A stretch of DNA of 62,221 bases, the filler included, from Choristocarpus tenellus KU-1152 (lineage: Eukaryota; Protista; Phaeophyceae), in NCBI GenBank assembly GCA_964200185.2. It is 8 parts of 8 records of this genome, joined end to end, with 100 filler letters (N's around TTAATTAATTAA, not from the genome) between each part and the next. Parts side by side here need not be neighbours in the genome. Positions count along the whole stretch, not along the records: positions 26,082 to 43,164 come from CAXNAD020000726.1; positions 43,265 to 46,391 come from CAXNAD020022134.1; positions 46,492 to 53,925 come from CAXNAD020006171.1; 5 more parts are not named here. One strand, written 5' to 3'. Within the stretch, counting starts at the first letter, position 1. Every line of letters starts with the position of its first letter. This document shows, piece after piece, positions 36,929 through 49,400 of the stretch. The position numbers were made by a program, and so were the translations under genes. The notes under the pieces are model-generated. The model worked only from the letters and a program-made list of their open reading frames with translations. It had not been told where the DNA came from and did no database searches.

Positions 36929-39529
36929 ATGACTAAGACTAAGGGGTCAGGCCCTGGACCGAGGGGAAAACTGACACTGCAAAAGCGGTTGTTGAAGGCA
37001 TACCTGATGTTGTACAACATATTTACTGCACGAGGATGGATTCAAGTGTTCTTTCAACTCTCCTATGCTCTTCTCAAAGGCGAGGGAACACTTGGGGCTG
37101 TCAATGCGATGCGTAGTACGGTCGAGATGCTTCAGCTGATATCTACGCTGGAATTTCTCCATTCGTTCCTTGGACTGGTGAGATCATCAATCAGAAACAA
37201 ACTGTTCATGACCAGGATGCGTGAGGAAGGACCAATGACCCATGTCGTGTTGTTTTATAGCAACTGATCTATATATATTTAACATGAATGGATTCGTTGG
37301 CTGTGTTTTCCTTGCCCGAATGTGTCACAGGTCAAGAGCAGCCCCGTCAATCTCATCATGCAGGTAATTGTCTCTACTTTTGACAATTGTAGTATGGTCA
37401 AGTTTGTTGGAAAAGTGTATTTGCCTCGCCGTCTCCATATTTCCCGAAAACCTCGTGTAAGGCTTCAAGTGCTCCAATTCGTAGTTTGGTTGTCGAGCAC
37501 CCTACCGACCAGTCTGGACGGAGGAATAGTTTATCCCAAGTAACCAGATGATGTGTGCCCCCACCTTGTGACACTTGTCGGAGTCACTTGTTTCGTCTCC
37601 TATTTCGTGGCATTGTTGGTTATATTCTGGGTGTCTATTAGGCTGTCATTGCGTTATAATACAGTGCAACTCGCCGCTAGCCTATCGCTGAACATCATCT
37701 AGGCGCAACGTGTCGCCATTACATTGAGCGTCATTTAGGTGCGACGAATCGCCACCACGTAGAGCGCCATATGATCCTGTGTGCTACGATGGTCAAGTAA
37801 TCAGTTACTGGTCTGGTATGGGTATCAATTACTGTGTTTGGTGGACATATTCGACCCTAAAGTGTAATCTACTATCGAACAACCTGTTCCACAATTTTTT
37901 TTATGAGCAGATTGGTGGACGAGATTTGGCGTTATTCTCTATGGTTACGGCAATCCCTGCCACAAGGGACAGCCCTTGGGTGCTCCTCATGTTCGCTGCC
38001 TGGACGTTTTCAGAGATCATCAGGTATTTTTTCTTCTTGATAGCAGTGGTACTACTGTGACTTCAATGGTGGTTCTCATTCATAGCTCCTGTATGTGGTC
38101 TGCTCACAGATCAATTGTGCTGTAGCAAAGCAGTGTGCCTGCCTTTTCTGGTTTATATACATGTCAGACCTTGTCATCTCCTTGTTTGTCTTACTATGTG
38201 ACAGCTCCTGGAAGTAGTTTTCATCTCGGCAGACAATAGTTCCTCTCTTACTTCATGGATGCGTGAATGTGAAACATTGGGTGCATACTGAGACATGTGT
38301 TTCGAATTGTTTTTATTGCTATTACATGTGTAATTCGATCTTTAGCCATTACCCCAGATCAGGACACTGAACGCTGCATGAACTTCTTGGTTTGTGAAGT
38401 TAAGCGTTGCTGAGGCCAAAAGAAATCTTGAGGTCTATGTGATAAGGTTCTCAATTAAGCCAATACTGAATTACACAATGAATGGAGATGTCTGAGAACA
38501 TGACCTGTTATTATCCTGACATCCCTTTACTCACACATGTCAAGGAAATAGTAGTGACTGCCCTCTTCCTTTTCCACCCTTTCCTGCAGATATCCATACT
38601 ATGCACTCCTTTTGATTGGTGAATGCCCTGCCTCTCTACACTGGCTTCGTTACAGCGCTTTCATAGTCCTTTACCCCCTAGGATTTGCAGGAGAGCTGGG
38701 GACATGGATTGTGGGCATGCCATACATGAAGGTGGGATCAAACCTGAAGACAGTCACTGGATACTGGCAAGCCTAGAAAACAGTACTTGGTCCAAGGCAA
38801 CATATTTCTTCTGCAATCATGTGTTATTTTGTTGTGCTATTGTGTACTACTCTAAACGGGGATTAGAGAGCAAGCTACAGTGTACTGTGATTCGATTACT
38901 GAGGGAAGAGACAAGACATGTGTAGGTTATGCAGTAAGGCGTGTACAGAACAGTGGAGTGGCGTTACATGCCAAAGGGTGTGGATGCTGCATGGGTTGCA
39001 TAGTTGTGAACCTCACTGTAGTATGCCTCACAAATGGTAAAGCACCCAGCAAGCAGGCAAGCATCTAGTATAGTGTTGAAGCTTTCAACAAGCAAATAGT
39101 CGATGTCTCCCCTACCTTGAGCTACTGTTCCAGAACAACCATGTACGTGCGAATATCCATTCTCATTGTGGATTTCAGGGGTATGCATACAAGATAGTAT
39201 CACTTCCACCACACAATGGATGTAGTGGCCTCTCCAGATAAATAAGACCATGAAGCATGTTGGTGTTCCTCTCTCCCAGCATGGTACCAGATGGGATGCT
39301 CGATTTTTTCCCAACTTCCACTGACCCCTTTACCCCCCTTTCTTTCACTGCCTGCTTGTATTATCAGGAAATGGGGTTATATGAGATTCCTGGTCTTCCT
39401 TCAGGATCGGTGTCTTGGGTGCTTTATGCTTACCTTGTCCTTGCTTTCGGGTTTGGCGCCCCAAAGTTGTACACACACATGCTGAGACAGCGCAAGAAGC
39501 AACTTCAAACTCCAGTAAAATTTGAATGA
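36929..39529 (+). CDS. HACD: Very-long-chain (3R)-3-hydroxyacyl-CoA dehydratase (PTPLA/PHS1/PAS2 family)
   Basis: Exons 36929-37177, 37331-37363, 37911-38023, 38590-38731, 39368-39529. Motifs YLMLYN, LEFLHSFLGLV, EIIRYPYY, WLRYSAFIVLYPLGFAGE, LYTHMLRQRKK. Confidence 0.96.
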
Positions 39530-41201
39530 TGGATTTTGTCTCTTTTATCTTTGTGACTGGTTTGAAGTCTATTAATGATGAGTATAATTTTATAGTTTCC
39601 AGCCTATCATTGGAAACCCAACAAGTCTGGTTTATCTTCCTATTTGCCTCAATAAAACCTTAGCAAATTCTTAATTGACCAGTTGAATTTATTTCTGTGA
39701 GTAAACAGACTTCTCAGATGTCAGAAGGCTGAAGAGGGGTCACAAATCTGGATTGTAGGGAACTGCTCTTGTATTTATTGCCTTGTAGCTATAATAACAT
39801 GACTGGTAGCTGAGGATCTAAAGATGAAGTAGGCTTGGTCTTACAGTAGATGCAAGGTGTTTTCCTCGACTCCTTGTATACAATTGTTAATAGTTGTGTA
39901 CTTTCAAGACAAGAAATGTTGGAGGTCTTTGATCTACACTGATGACTTCAAAGCATGTATTGTGCTACATGTGGGCTTTGGGTGGTTGGTGGTCCTGATA
40001 TTTTATAATGACTAAATGAATAGAGAGCTCTTGGTGTGTCTTTGGATGCATTCTCTGTTGAGTAGAGCGATCTATGATAAACCCTTCTCACTGTGTCAAT
40101 ACCTCCACCTCACCCTAGAGCTCCCGTACTGAAGCTAATGTACACTACTTCAGAGTATAAACCATGAATGTATGAATATTATAATAGTATTAAACACTTT
40201 CTAGTCTTAACAACTTTTTGTCAATAAATACAAACTGTGTTCAATAGATTGTCTCAAATGGACAGATTGCATGGTAGCTAATGGTAGTCATACTGTGAGT
40301 TGTTGGAAGTTATGGGTGAACCGTTTGAATACTCCTCTCTCTAGTCACATTCAAATACATGCACTCAGTCAACGAAAGGTGTACACGCAGTACGCTGTAC
40401 ACAAACCAACTACAAATTGCAGAAGATCATCCAGTGTGTTCAGCGAACCAAAGGCAAGGTCAATGTTGAGGAAAGCTTCCACCTCAATGACATGTTTGAT
40501 GTTCTTGGAGCATTCTGAAGCACTTCCAAAAGTTTGAAGGACATATATTTAGTAGTGCAGCAGGGGTCTCTCTCTTAATGTGAAGAGCAGCATCAGGTAG
40601 GCATTGTGACGATATTATTCTATTTTTGCCCCTAGCCCAAAACATTGGACAGCACACCACAAAATATCCTCAAAATCGAGGGTGGGTATGATTGTGCCCA
40701 TGAACACAACAAACACAAGTGATGGTCACCTGGTGGACAGTGGACTGGTTCCACTTCTCACTATATCATGTTCATCCCATTTTTGCAGTCCCCCATCGCT
40801 TTGTGTTGGAAGCCACTGGAGCAATGCAATGCCACAAGGTACAGGTCAAGGATTACAATCACCTAAAATGCCTGACTAGGGACCATACTCATGAAAATTG
40901 TACAATGCTTATGGCCATGAAACCCTGCCCGCCTGACCTGCAAGTATGCTACTATTAATAGTACAAAATACACCATGCTTGTTTGGTGCTTGGTAGAATC
41001 TACAAGACCTTGGCAACTTTTTAAGGACATCTTCACCCACAACAAGGGAGTGTTAGCAATGTGACAGACAGCTGGCTCAACTCGACTTGTGAGTGTGTGA
41101 TGTATGTAATATATCCATGCTGTTTTGCTTCCAATGGCCATCAGTCTTACATCTGGCACAGACCACATTAGAAAGCGCAAAAGCTTTTCTATTCAAACCT
41201 C

Positions 41202-42739
41202 TTAGTCCGGTACTGAGCTGACGAGTGCCTCCACATGCCTCAGCAGACATGTTCCGAGATCTGTTTTTTGTTGCAGCCTCCCTCTGGTACTGGTAGCAGA
41301 CCTGGCACCTGCTCTTGCTGTTGCCCCACCTGGAGCTTTGTCAGTGCTCCACGCATCCCGTCCACTTGTGGCGGTGTCCTTCCCCCAGCCACTCTCAGCT
41401 GGAGTTTCAACCACAGGTGCAGCCTCCCCCAATTCAGATTCATCCTCAAAGCCCCCTTCTAGTACTGAAACAACCCGTCCTCCACACACCTCCTCAGCTA
41501 CAGATGCCATCTTGTTTGTTATGACCTGTTTTCCAGCAGGATGGAGAAGGAGGGCATACAGGGTGGGGGCAGGATCATGAGAGGGGGACACAAGGAAGTG
41601 GATTTTAGTTGCAGTGGCAGTGACACCGAGCAAGGAGAGGAGAGAGAGACCCCTTGCACTGGAAGACAGGACCAACCTCATTGAGTCGCATGAAAGACGG
41701 CATACTCCCACAATACAAATATCCAAATATTCCACAATTTTTCATTCAGTACATCTGCCAAAGATCTCTCTCTCTGTAAATTAGTCCCATGAAAAACACA
41801 CATAGGAGAGGGTTGCGTAACAAACCTAATCTATAACAAGAGTACACTGTGATGAGATTTCATTCAGATAATCCAAACCAGCTCCAAAGATGAACCGGTT
41901 GAATAGGCCAGTCACCATCTGACCGCCTGCCAAACCATGTTATGACTAACACACCTTCACCACATCAATACACTCCACCCTTGATGTAGTACCCTACACA
42001 CCATAACCCTGAACCGCTAACAACAAAGACCACTCACTAACCTACAGTAAACAAAGCGTTTGGTGGGTGTAATAGGGAGAAGTCTAATGATCTCCAGCCT
42101 TTTGAAAATTCTGAAGACTGCACAAGTCCGCTGCCACAGGTCCCAGCATAGTATCAAACAACCTACACAATTAACCTATTTCAGCTTGCACACTTCGCAG
42201 TAGAGTACGCAATGACCTTACTACCCCATCCCTTGGACAACAATACCAACTCTCTTTCCTTGTATGATATCATAAACTCCCTACTACCCCTTAAGGGACA
42301 GGCCCATACAACCTGGAAGTCATTGGCGCAAAGATCACCCATATCAGTAGGATCCCCTTTGCGCCCTGTGAAACCAGCACTCAGTATCAACAGGTCTGGC
42401 CTGAACAGCCTCACAGCATCCACCGCAACAGCAATTGCCCTGTGAAACCCTTCTGCATTCACTCTTGACCCCAAGGGAAGGCACAGCACCCCACCTCCCC
42501 TGCCAGGGCTCCAGTTCCTCCTATTTCCTCCTTCACTACCCGTAATACCTTCATTACCCCTAATGCCGCTCTCATCTCCACTTCCCTCATTAGGCATTAC
42601 AAAGGGTGAAAGCCTGTCACCAGCATGGAGGGAAACAAATAGGAAGCGGTCCGGTTGACCTCCTAGGATTTCCTCTGTTCCATGGCCATGTTGTGCATCA
42701 AAATCCACCACGGCTACACGCTCAGCCCCCTTGTAATGT
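41202..42739 (-). CDS. Histone deacetylase-fold protein (class II/IV-like), last two exons, non-canonical active site
   Basis: Exons 42739-42313 and 41525-41202: RVAVVDFDAQHGHGT, LFVSLH, FRPDLLILSAGF...DP, CGGRVVSVLEGGF. Upstream exons not found before the gap. Confidence 0.9.
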
Positions 42740-43093
42740 CTGTATGGGTTTACCATGTAGAGGACACAGCATGGATATGAATTAGCAGGGATGGCAGATC
42801 AATGCAAAGGTGCAGCAACGGAAACAGTAGCCGTGGGTGAGGGATAGACAAAGTCGTAAGACGAAACACACTGCCTTAGAACAGTTCTGCAGTGCACTCA
42901 CAACCAATGTTTGCAAAACCTGTACACGTCAACACCAACAGTTCTCCTTCTTGGGACTCCAAACCACTTGCATAAATTACCCTCACAACAGTACGCATGA
43001 CATTTTGAAGCCACCAGTTCCCTTCCTCCAAATACCAATCCAGTGACAAGGTGGCTCACTCACTGATGAATGACCCCCCCAAGCCCCACCCCA

Positions 43094-43164
43094 GAGGCAA
43101 AGTATCTTAGAGGGTAGAGCCCGCGTCCATTTGGGGGCCAAAATCCAATGTTGCAATTTTGCTG
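43094..43164. mobile_element. MITE-B left end, truncated at gap
   Basis: GAGGCAAAGTATCTTAGAGGGTAGAGCC...GTCCATTTG...AATCCAATG matches the start of 52612. Confidence 0.85.
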
Positions 43165-43320
43165 NNNNNNNNNNNNNNNNNNNNNNNNNNNNNNNNNNNN
43201 NNNNNNNNTTAATTAATTAANNNNNNNNNNNNNNNNNNNNNNNNNNNNNNNNNNNNNNNNNNNNGTGGGGGTTTTGTTTTTAGCGGGCCCACAAAGGGGA
43301 GAGGTTCGTGTGAGGATAGG

Positions 43321-43495
43321 GTGGGGGGGGGGGGGGGGGGGGTCTACACCAGGGTATCCATTTGGCCCCTGACCAGGAAAACTACACTGACATTATCCAT
43401 CCGACCCATGCAATCCAAATCACCCAAAAATCACGACATGGAAAAATGGGATCCAAATGGACAGCCACCACCCTCACCCCCAGGTATGTTGAGCC
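43321..43495. mobile_element. MITE-A diverged copy
   Basis: polyG-TCTACACCAGGGTATCCATTTGG...CGACATGGAAAAA...ATGGACAGCC, colinear with 44863-45043. Confidence 0.8.
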
Positions 43496-44862
43496 TTATT
43501 ACGTCTTGTGTCAAGCCAAGAAATTTGCCTTGACCCGCTGACTACTACTGGTGGACATACAATGTGCCTTCTTTTTATTGGAAAAAGAAGTTCACCTAAG
43601 TAAGGATGGCATGTGTAGGAGTGACGATTTCGGGCATGGCATGTCTTTAAAAAAAGTAAACTTTTACAAAAATCGGTATCAATAAAACAAAGTGTGTCCA
43701 CATGTTTAACGACAATTAATACTACTTAATATTGTTTACTGCTCCGCACAGGTATGGCGTTATGTCTCGGTACTATTGTGTGTGTGCAGCGAAATTTATT
43801 GTTCTTGTCAGGAACATATCACAACACCTACCCCTCCACCGCCATCACCACTACCACCACCACCATATGTCTCAGTCTCTTTCATCTTCTGGCCATTTTT
43901 TTACACCCTTTCTCACCAGCATTTCCTTGCAGTGATTGCAGAATAAACTACTACACATCCTCCTCCTCTTCTATTCGTAGTTATTCCTTAGCCCCTACCG
44001 ATCCTCTTGTTGGTCGGAAGCTTGCCAGTCCCTTCGGCAAGAAGTTCTGTTTTGAACTTAAGACCAAATGACCTTATGGTGCCTTGAGTCACCCCAATGA
44101 CGTGGTTTCCAAACTGGCTTCTTCCTTGAAAGAAGCTGCGCTTCTGAAGCTCCTTCTTGCTGGCTCTAATTGTGGCATGGTCCCAACGCCAATACTATTG
44201 CCCTAATACACTGACTTGGTTCATCTTGTGTCTATCTAGCAAGTCCAGCACTTCATTTCTGAGCCAAAGATAATTCTTTCAGGTTGTTGGTGCCACTCGA
44301 TATATTCTGATGCTTCCCCTTGCACCTTGTTGTGCTAGAAAAGGCACTGCCCCCAACCAGGTTGTCAACACTTTCCCCCAAAACTGACCCCGTGCCAGCC
44401 AGGTTTTACTAGAGGATCTCTGCTGAATAAAGAGGATGTACCACAAGAGTACGTTTCCTTTGGTGATCTAATATATTAGGTGTATGTACACCGGCATCGA
44501 TGCTCAGTCTCAACATTAGACGATGCAGAAGGGCAAGGGGTGGGGCAATGCCTCACCACCCAGTGCACACATCATACGTATTGATCCGCTTACTCTAGTG
44601 TATCTACTGGATATAACACAGAATAGAATGATACTGATGGGAAAACAAAACATATCTATGACATACTTGCTGATCACTCAATGCCACTAGTGAATTACTG
44701 TTAAATGTCTGATTAGCTAGTCCAAACTGTATTTGTAGCTCCTCTGGCCGTATCCATGTATGTCCCAGGACCTCTTACCAACACTGGTAACCTGTCGGTG
44801 ACAAGAAGGCTATTTCCACTTGAGGTGAAAATATCCTTGACACAGTGACAAGCTCATGATCA

Positions 44863-45043
44863 GACCCAAAGTATCTAGGGGGGGGGAGGGCTCTACACCG
44901 GGGTGTCCATTTGGGACAAAACCAGGAAAGGTGCATGTTCATTATTCATTCGACGTATGGAACCAAATCACTCAAAAATCGCGACATGAAAAAATTGGCC
45001 CCAGATGGACAGCCGCCACCCCCCCCCCCAGATACTTCGAGCC
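44863..45043. mobile_element. MITE-A complete copy, 3-bp TSD TCA
   Basis: TIRs GACCCAAAGTATCT-polyG and polyC-AGATACTTCGAGCC; TCA on both sides. Confidence 0.9.
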
Positions 45044-45182
45044 TCAGTGGTGCTCTTGTCAGTCTTCTTCTCCTTCGGAGCGTGCGAATCAAACCATGAC
45101 CTCTTCATCTCATCATCCCCATGGATCTGGATCCTTCGTGCCACAAATTCCATCGGGGAATATTATACACACAGACATTTAT

Positions 45183-45710
45183 GACTCAAAGTATTTAAGA
45201 GGGTGGGAGTTTTGCCCTGTTTTTCCGTTTGGGCTTGGCTTTCCACGAGTTTCTTATGTTGAGAAACTTGGCGCATGTAAGGCTCGTCGCTGGAAGCTAG
45301 CAGTTGAATTACATGGTAAAGCATGCACTGAATTATTAATTGCCCGTCAACCATCCATCATCACTGACGTGTGAATAAATGTTGACTTATTACATTCTTA
45401 TGCACGTACGTACTTTGTATCTTACCTAACTAAATATGTACGTCCGTATAACCTATGCTATATACTTGTGTCAGCACAAATAACGTAAGGATAACATTAG
45501 GTTATTCGACATCTTATGCCCTTTTTCGGTTTTCTGTGTGAACACAGTGACCTACTCCGAAACATTTCGAAGTAAGACTATGAAAGGTGTGACCGGAGCA
45601 AGGATATTGACACTAGCTAACAAACAAAATAGCCAAAATTACATCAAAATCGCAACATTGGATTAAGACCCCGAACGGACGCAGCCCTACTCTCTTAAAT
45701 GCTTTGGCTC
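45183..45710. mobile_element. MITE-B copy, 3-bp TSD TAT, interrupted by a solo LTR
   Basis: GACTCAAAGTATTTAAGAGGGT ... ACTCTCTTAAATGCTTTGGCTC; TAT on both sides; both halves match MITE-B. Confidence 0.85.
45257..45511. mobile_element. Solo LTR (255 bp) with 5-bp TSD TCTTA
   Basis: TGTTGA...TCGACA termini; TCTTA at 45252-45256 and 45512-45516. Confidence 0.85.
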
Positions 45711-46491
45711 TATGCACACCCAGTGAAGTGTAGTGGCCCTAGTGTATCAGTAGGAATGAGACAGTGACCTTTTGCTCTGCAGGGCATGGTCATAATGTGT
45801 GGGAGGCACATTGGAAGGACTGCCTGTGACCACAAATCGGGTTCTATCCACGTTTGGGATAACATGTCATTTCAAGCCAAAATTTCATGCTCTCTTGAAT
45901 GGCGCATGCTTGATTTTATCCTACCTTGAAATCTAAACCGCTTATCTAGGATATATTGGGCAAAGAAGCTGGCATTGATGCGATATTTGATACTGGAAAA
46001 AATTGAGCCAAAATGGGCATTTTTATGTTACTGGGTAACTGTGGTGCGTAAGAACGAGTGGATGGAATGAATGGCTACTTTGAGGTTATTTCCTGTGAGT
46101 GTAGCTGACGGAAACTTACAGAGGGTAGGATTTAAATGTCAGCAAGTCATGCAATAGTCGAAATGGACACCTTGTCGCGATGACTACTTGCACTGGATGG
46201 TGTTGATATGGATGATGCCTGCTTGACAAAGGGTTGGAGAATAAGTAATCGCATCACCACTTCTGTGGGTCATTATCCCAAAGCGTATAAGAGTTCCACA
46301 ATCATCCAAGAACACCCCTTCACCATCCACTTCAATACCGTGCCTTTGAACTAGAAGACATCTACCCCGCCCAAACTTGACCTCCCCCCCCNNNNNNNNN
46401 NNNNNNNNNNNNNNNNNNNNNNNNNNNNNNNNNNNTTAATTAATTAANNNNNNNNNNNNNNNNNNNNNNNNNNNNNNNNNNNNNNNNNNNN

Positions 46492-49400
46492 GGCCTGTTT
46501 AAGAACGGACTATTCATTGAGGGTACGGTAGTGTATGAGAATGGTGACGTGTACAATGGGGTGAGTGTGAGTGTTGTTAGTGATTTGTATGCACCTGGGG
46601 GTGAACACATAATCACGTTGGATTGGTCTTGTCTGGGATCTAAAGATATCATGTAGGTGTGCAATCCAGAGTTGATATTGTTTTCTCATTGATGCATTGA
46701 GCAACTAGCGAACACAATGAGTGGGCTCTTGAATATGTATCAGATGTAAGGCCGTGTATGGTCCTCAAAATAATCCATGTCCAAGAATTGGAGCAAACTA
46801 TAGAGGATGAAACTCATAAACAGTGTCGTAAGTTTACAGGTAAAACTTTACATTATTTCATGAGTGACAAATATAGCTAATTTGGAGTTGTAGTTTTTTT
46901 AGTACACTGTATCTATTCGGAGAAAGAGAGTGTTAAGCTGTTGTATAGATATTTATGACCTTTCGAGACAACCCAAAAGGGAAATAATTGGATGATACAC
47001 CCTGTGACAAAGCGTGTATAATGTTTATGAAATTGGTATAGACACATTGAGTGCTCTCAACGTCCGAGTATTTGTTTTGATTGTCCCCTCATTGCATCCC
47101 AGACTAAAATAAAGGAGTATATTGAGTTCGGAAAAAAAAGGAGGGTTGGCAGCAGAATGAATCCGATGTTCTTTCTCCCCTTCTCCTCTCCGAGATACGT
47201 AGCGTTTGAATAACTTGAATGAGAGTTAACATTCTTGATAGTACTTTGCATCATTCAATGGTACCTGCTCCTCCTTTGCTCTTTTTTTGTTTTTCGATTG
47301 ATCATGACTTCTCCTGCACGGATTCCTCTTTGCTATGCAGGATTTCAAGGACGGCAAGGCCGAAGGAAAGGGAAAACTAACCCTCCAGGTACTAAAGTTC
47401 TTGGTCTTTTGTTGAAAAATGTCGAGTTGTAGACGTTTTTCTGGGCGCTTTTGCTTACACAGCATTCATACGAGTGATCTTATTTCTCGCTCAGAAGTGG
47501 TTCAATCGACAGGAGTAATTCCATGTCATACCGCGAATATGGTTTGTTTCTCTCTTCTCAGAGGTGCCTATTTTAATCACATTGGGACGTTTGTTTGCCT
47601 TTGTAAGTTAATGGCTTGGGAGAAGTAGAACGATGATCTAAGGAACGGGCAGTTGTGCCACAGGGGTTAAGTGAAATGTATTTACAAAGAATGATAATAA
47701 TGCATAGCTTTGGAACTTGCAGAGGAAATACAGTGTTGACGCTGTGTTGTTGTCTTAGCAACCAATGTTGAGTTGATTGTTTCATGATACTTTTGTACAC
47801 GATGCATCTTAATGCAGTGTTACTCTGTCCACAGTCTCTCTCAGAAGCTTGTATCGACAGTGTTACTTGTAAATATTCCATGCGGAATAACGAGACCACG
47901 GGTAGGAGGTTTTACTAGCCATGGAGTACTCCAATATTTGACGGTCACCTAAGAATGTTGACCGTCTACACATTTTGCCCTCTCTCAATGCCAGGTCAAC
48001 AGAAGAACAACAGGAATCAAGCGAAAACAGGTGAGGCAGGGGAGAGAAATAATTCTTGTCCAAGTTAATGTCACAGACTAAATCATATTCCATACTTGTG
48101 TGCCCTCCAGGCTTGATCCCCTCCAGCTTTTAGATGGGGTGATGAACTACGCTGAATATTGTTGCGTGTGATTTTATACAGTTTTGTGTTGTTCCTCACA
48201 TAGTTGATTACAGTGTTACATGCTATGAGTACAAACTGTGAAGCAGTATGATATTTTCACCCTAACAGTACAACTTCTACCACAGATTACACCTGATGAG
48301 ACACCTGAGGTCCCGCAAGTTGGTCAAGTCTCTACAATGGAAGGGGCATTTACAAATGGCGTGTTTATTGAGGGAACGGTGATATTCGTCAATGGCGATG
48401 ATTATGCGGGGGTAAGATTTAGGCACAGCAATATCGATTTGGGTCTTTGTCTACGTGCCAAGATTAATTGCTAACTTATACTGAGCAAAACGAGGACCTA
48501 ACCATAGCTGTTTCTCGTTCTTCTATTATTTTTTTCTTCTTGGACTTATCTACACCAAACGGGGGTGAGTAATTGTTTTTTATCTGTGCAATGTGTTATT
48601 CAACTATAGCTTCGGAGAACATAGTGATTCTTAGTGTGGAGGTTTCTTATCTGGGAGGAGGACATTTGGATGTATATATATATATATATATATATTCCAT
48701 CTTGTGGCAGGGCAGGAAACCTTTTTGCTATACATTGTGTTTGATTGTTGGTGATTGGAGATTGCCAGAAATGAAACATCTGATGGGACTCAACGTCTTT
48801 TCTGTCTTTGGTTGATCTGTGTCATTACATGACAGTTCACACGTCAGCATGATATCAGTAGAGCTCAATATACATTGTAAGAGGTTCCAATTATGAATGC
48901 TTGACAATGTCTTCCAATTACCATTTCCAGAGGTACAAGACATGCAAGATACTCTTCTCCTTAGTCGATATGTCCTATCTTCACATTAATCCTCCCCTAA
49001 GACTATTTGCACACTTTCTTGCCTTTCTCTCGACTTACCATTGTTCAAAACCCCACAAACTCCAAGGATTTTGATGGCGTCACTAGGAGGCCTGAAGGAA
49101 TCGGAATCATGAACTATGCCTACACAACGGTGAGCATATCAGTGGATTCCTAGATACATTGCATAGGGTTATCTCATTTACCATCAATCAAACAAACTCC
49201 TCTCTCACGCATGCCATACATTTAGAAAGCCCATTAGTTTGTTTCAATGATTCACCCTTTCTTATTTTTCAACCTACACAAGAAAGACATTGATCAATGA
49301 GTCACGAGGACAATATGATTTGTGTGGTATATTTTGCTGCTTGGTAAAAGTTCACAATGGGTGTATAGGGATGGAAGTTGGTGAGTTTTGAAACATGTGG

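Noticed and set aside
37546-37700. C/D snoRNA in HACD intron 2 (ATGATG...CTGA, 9-bp inverted ends)
   Set aside because: Imperfect C box, the terminal stem overlaps the box, and no guide was recognised.
26823-42739. ALDH, RPL27A, HACD and HDAC-like as a functional gene cluster
   Set aside because: Unrelated pathways and mixed orientation; nothing beyond ordinary eukaryotic gene order.
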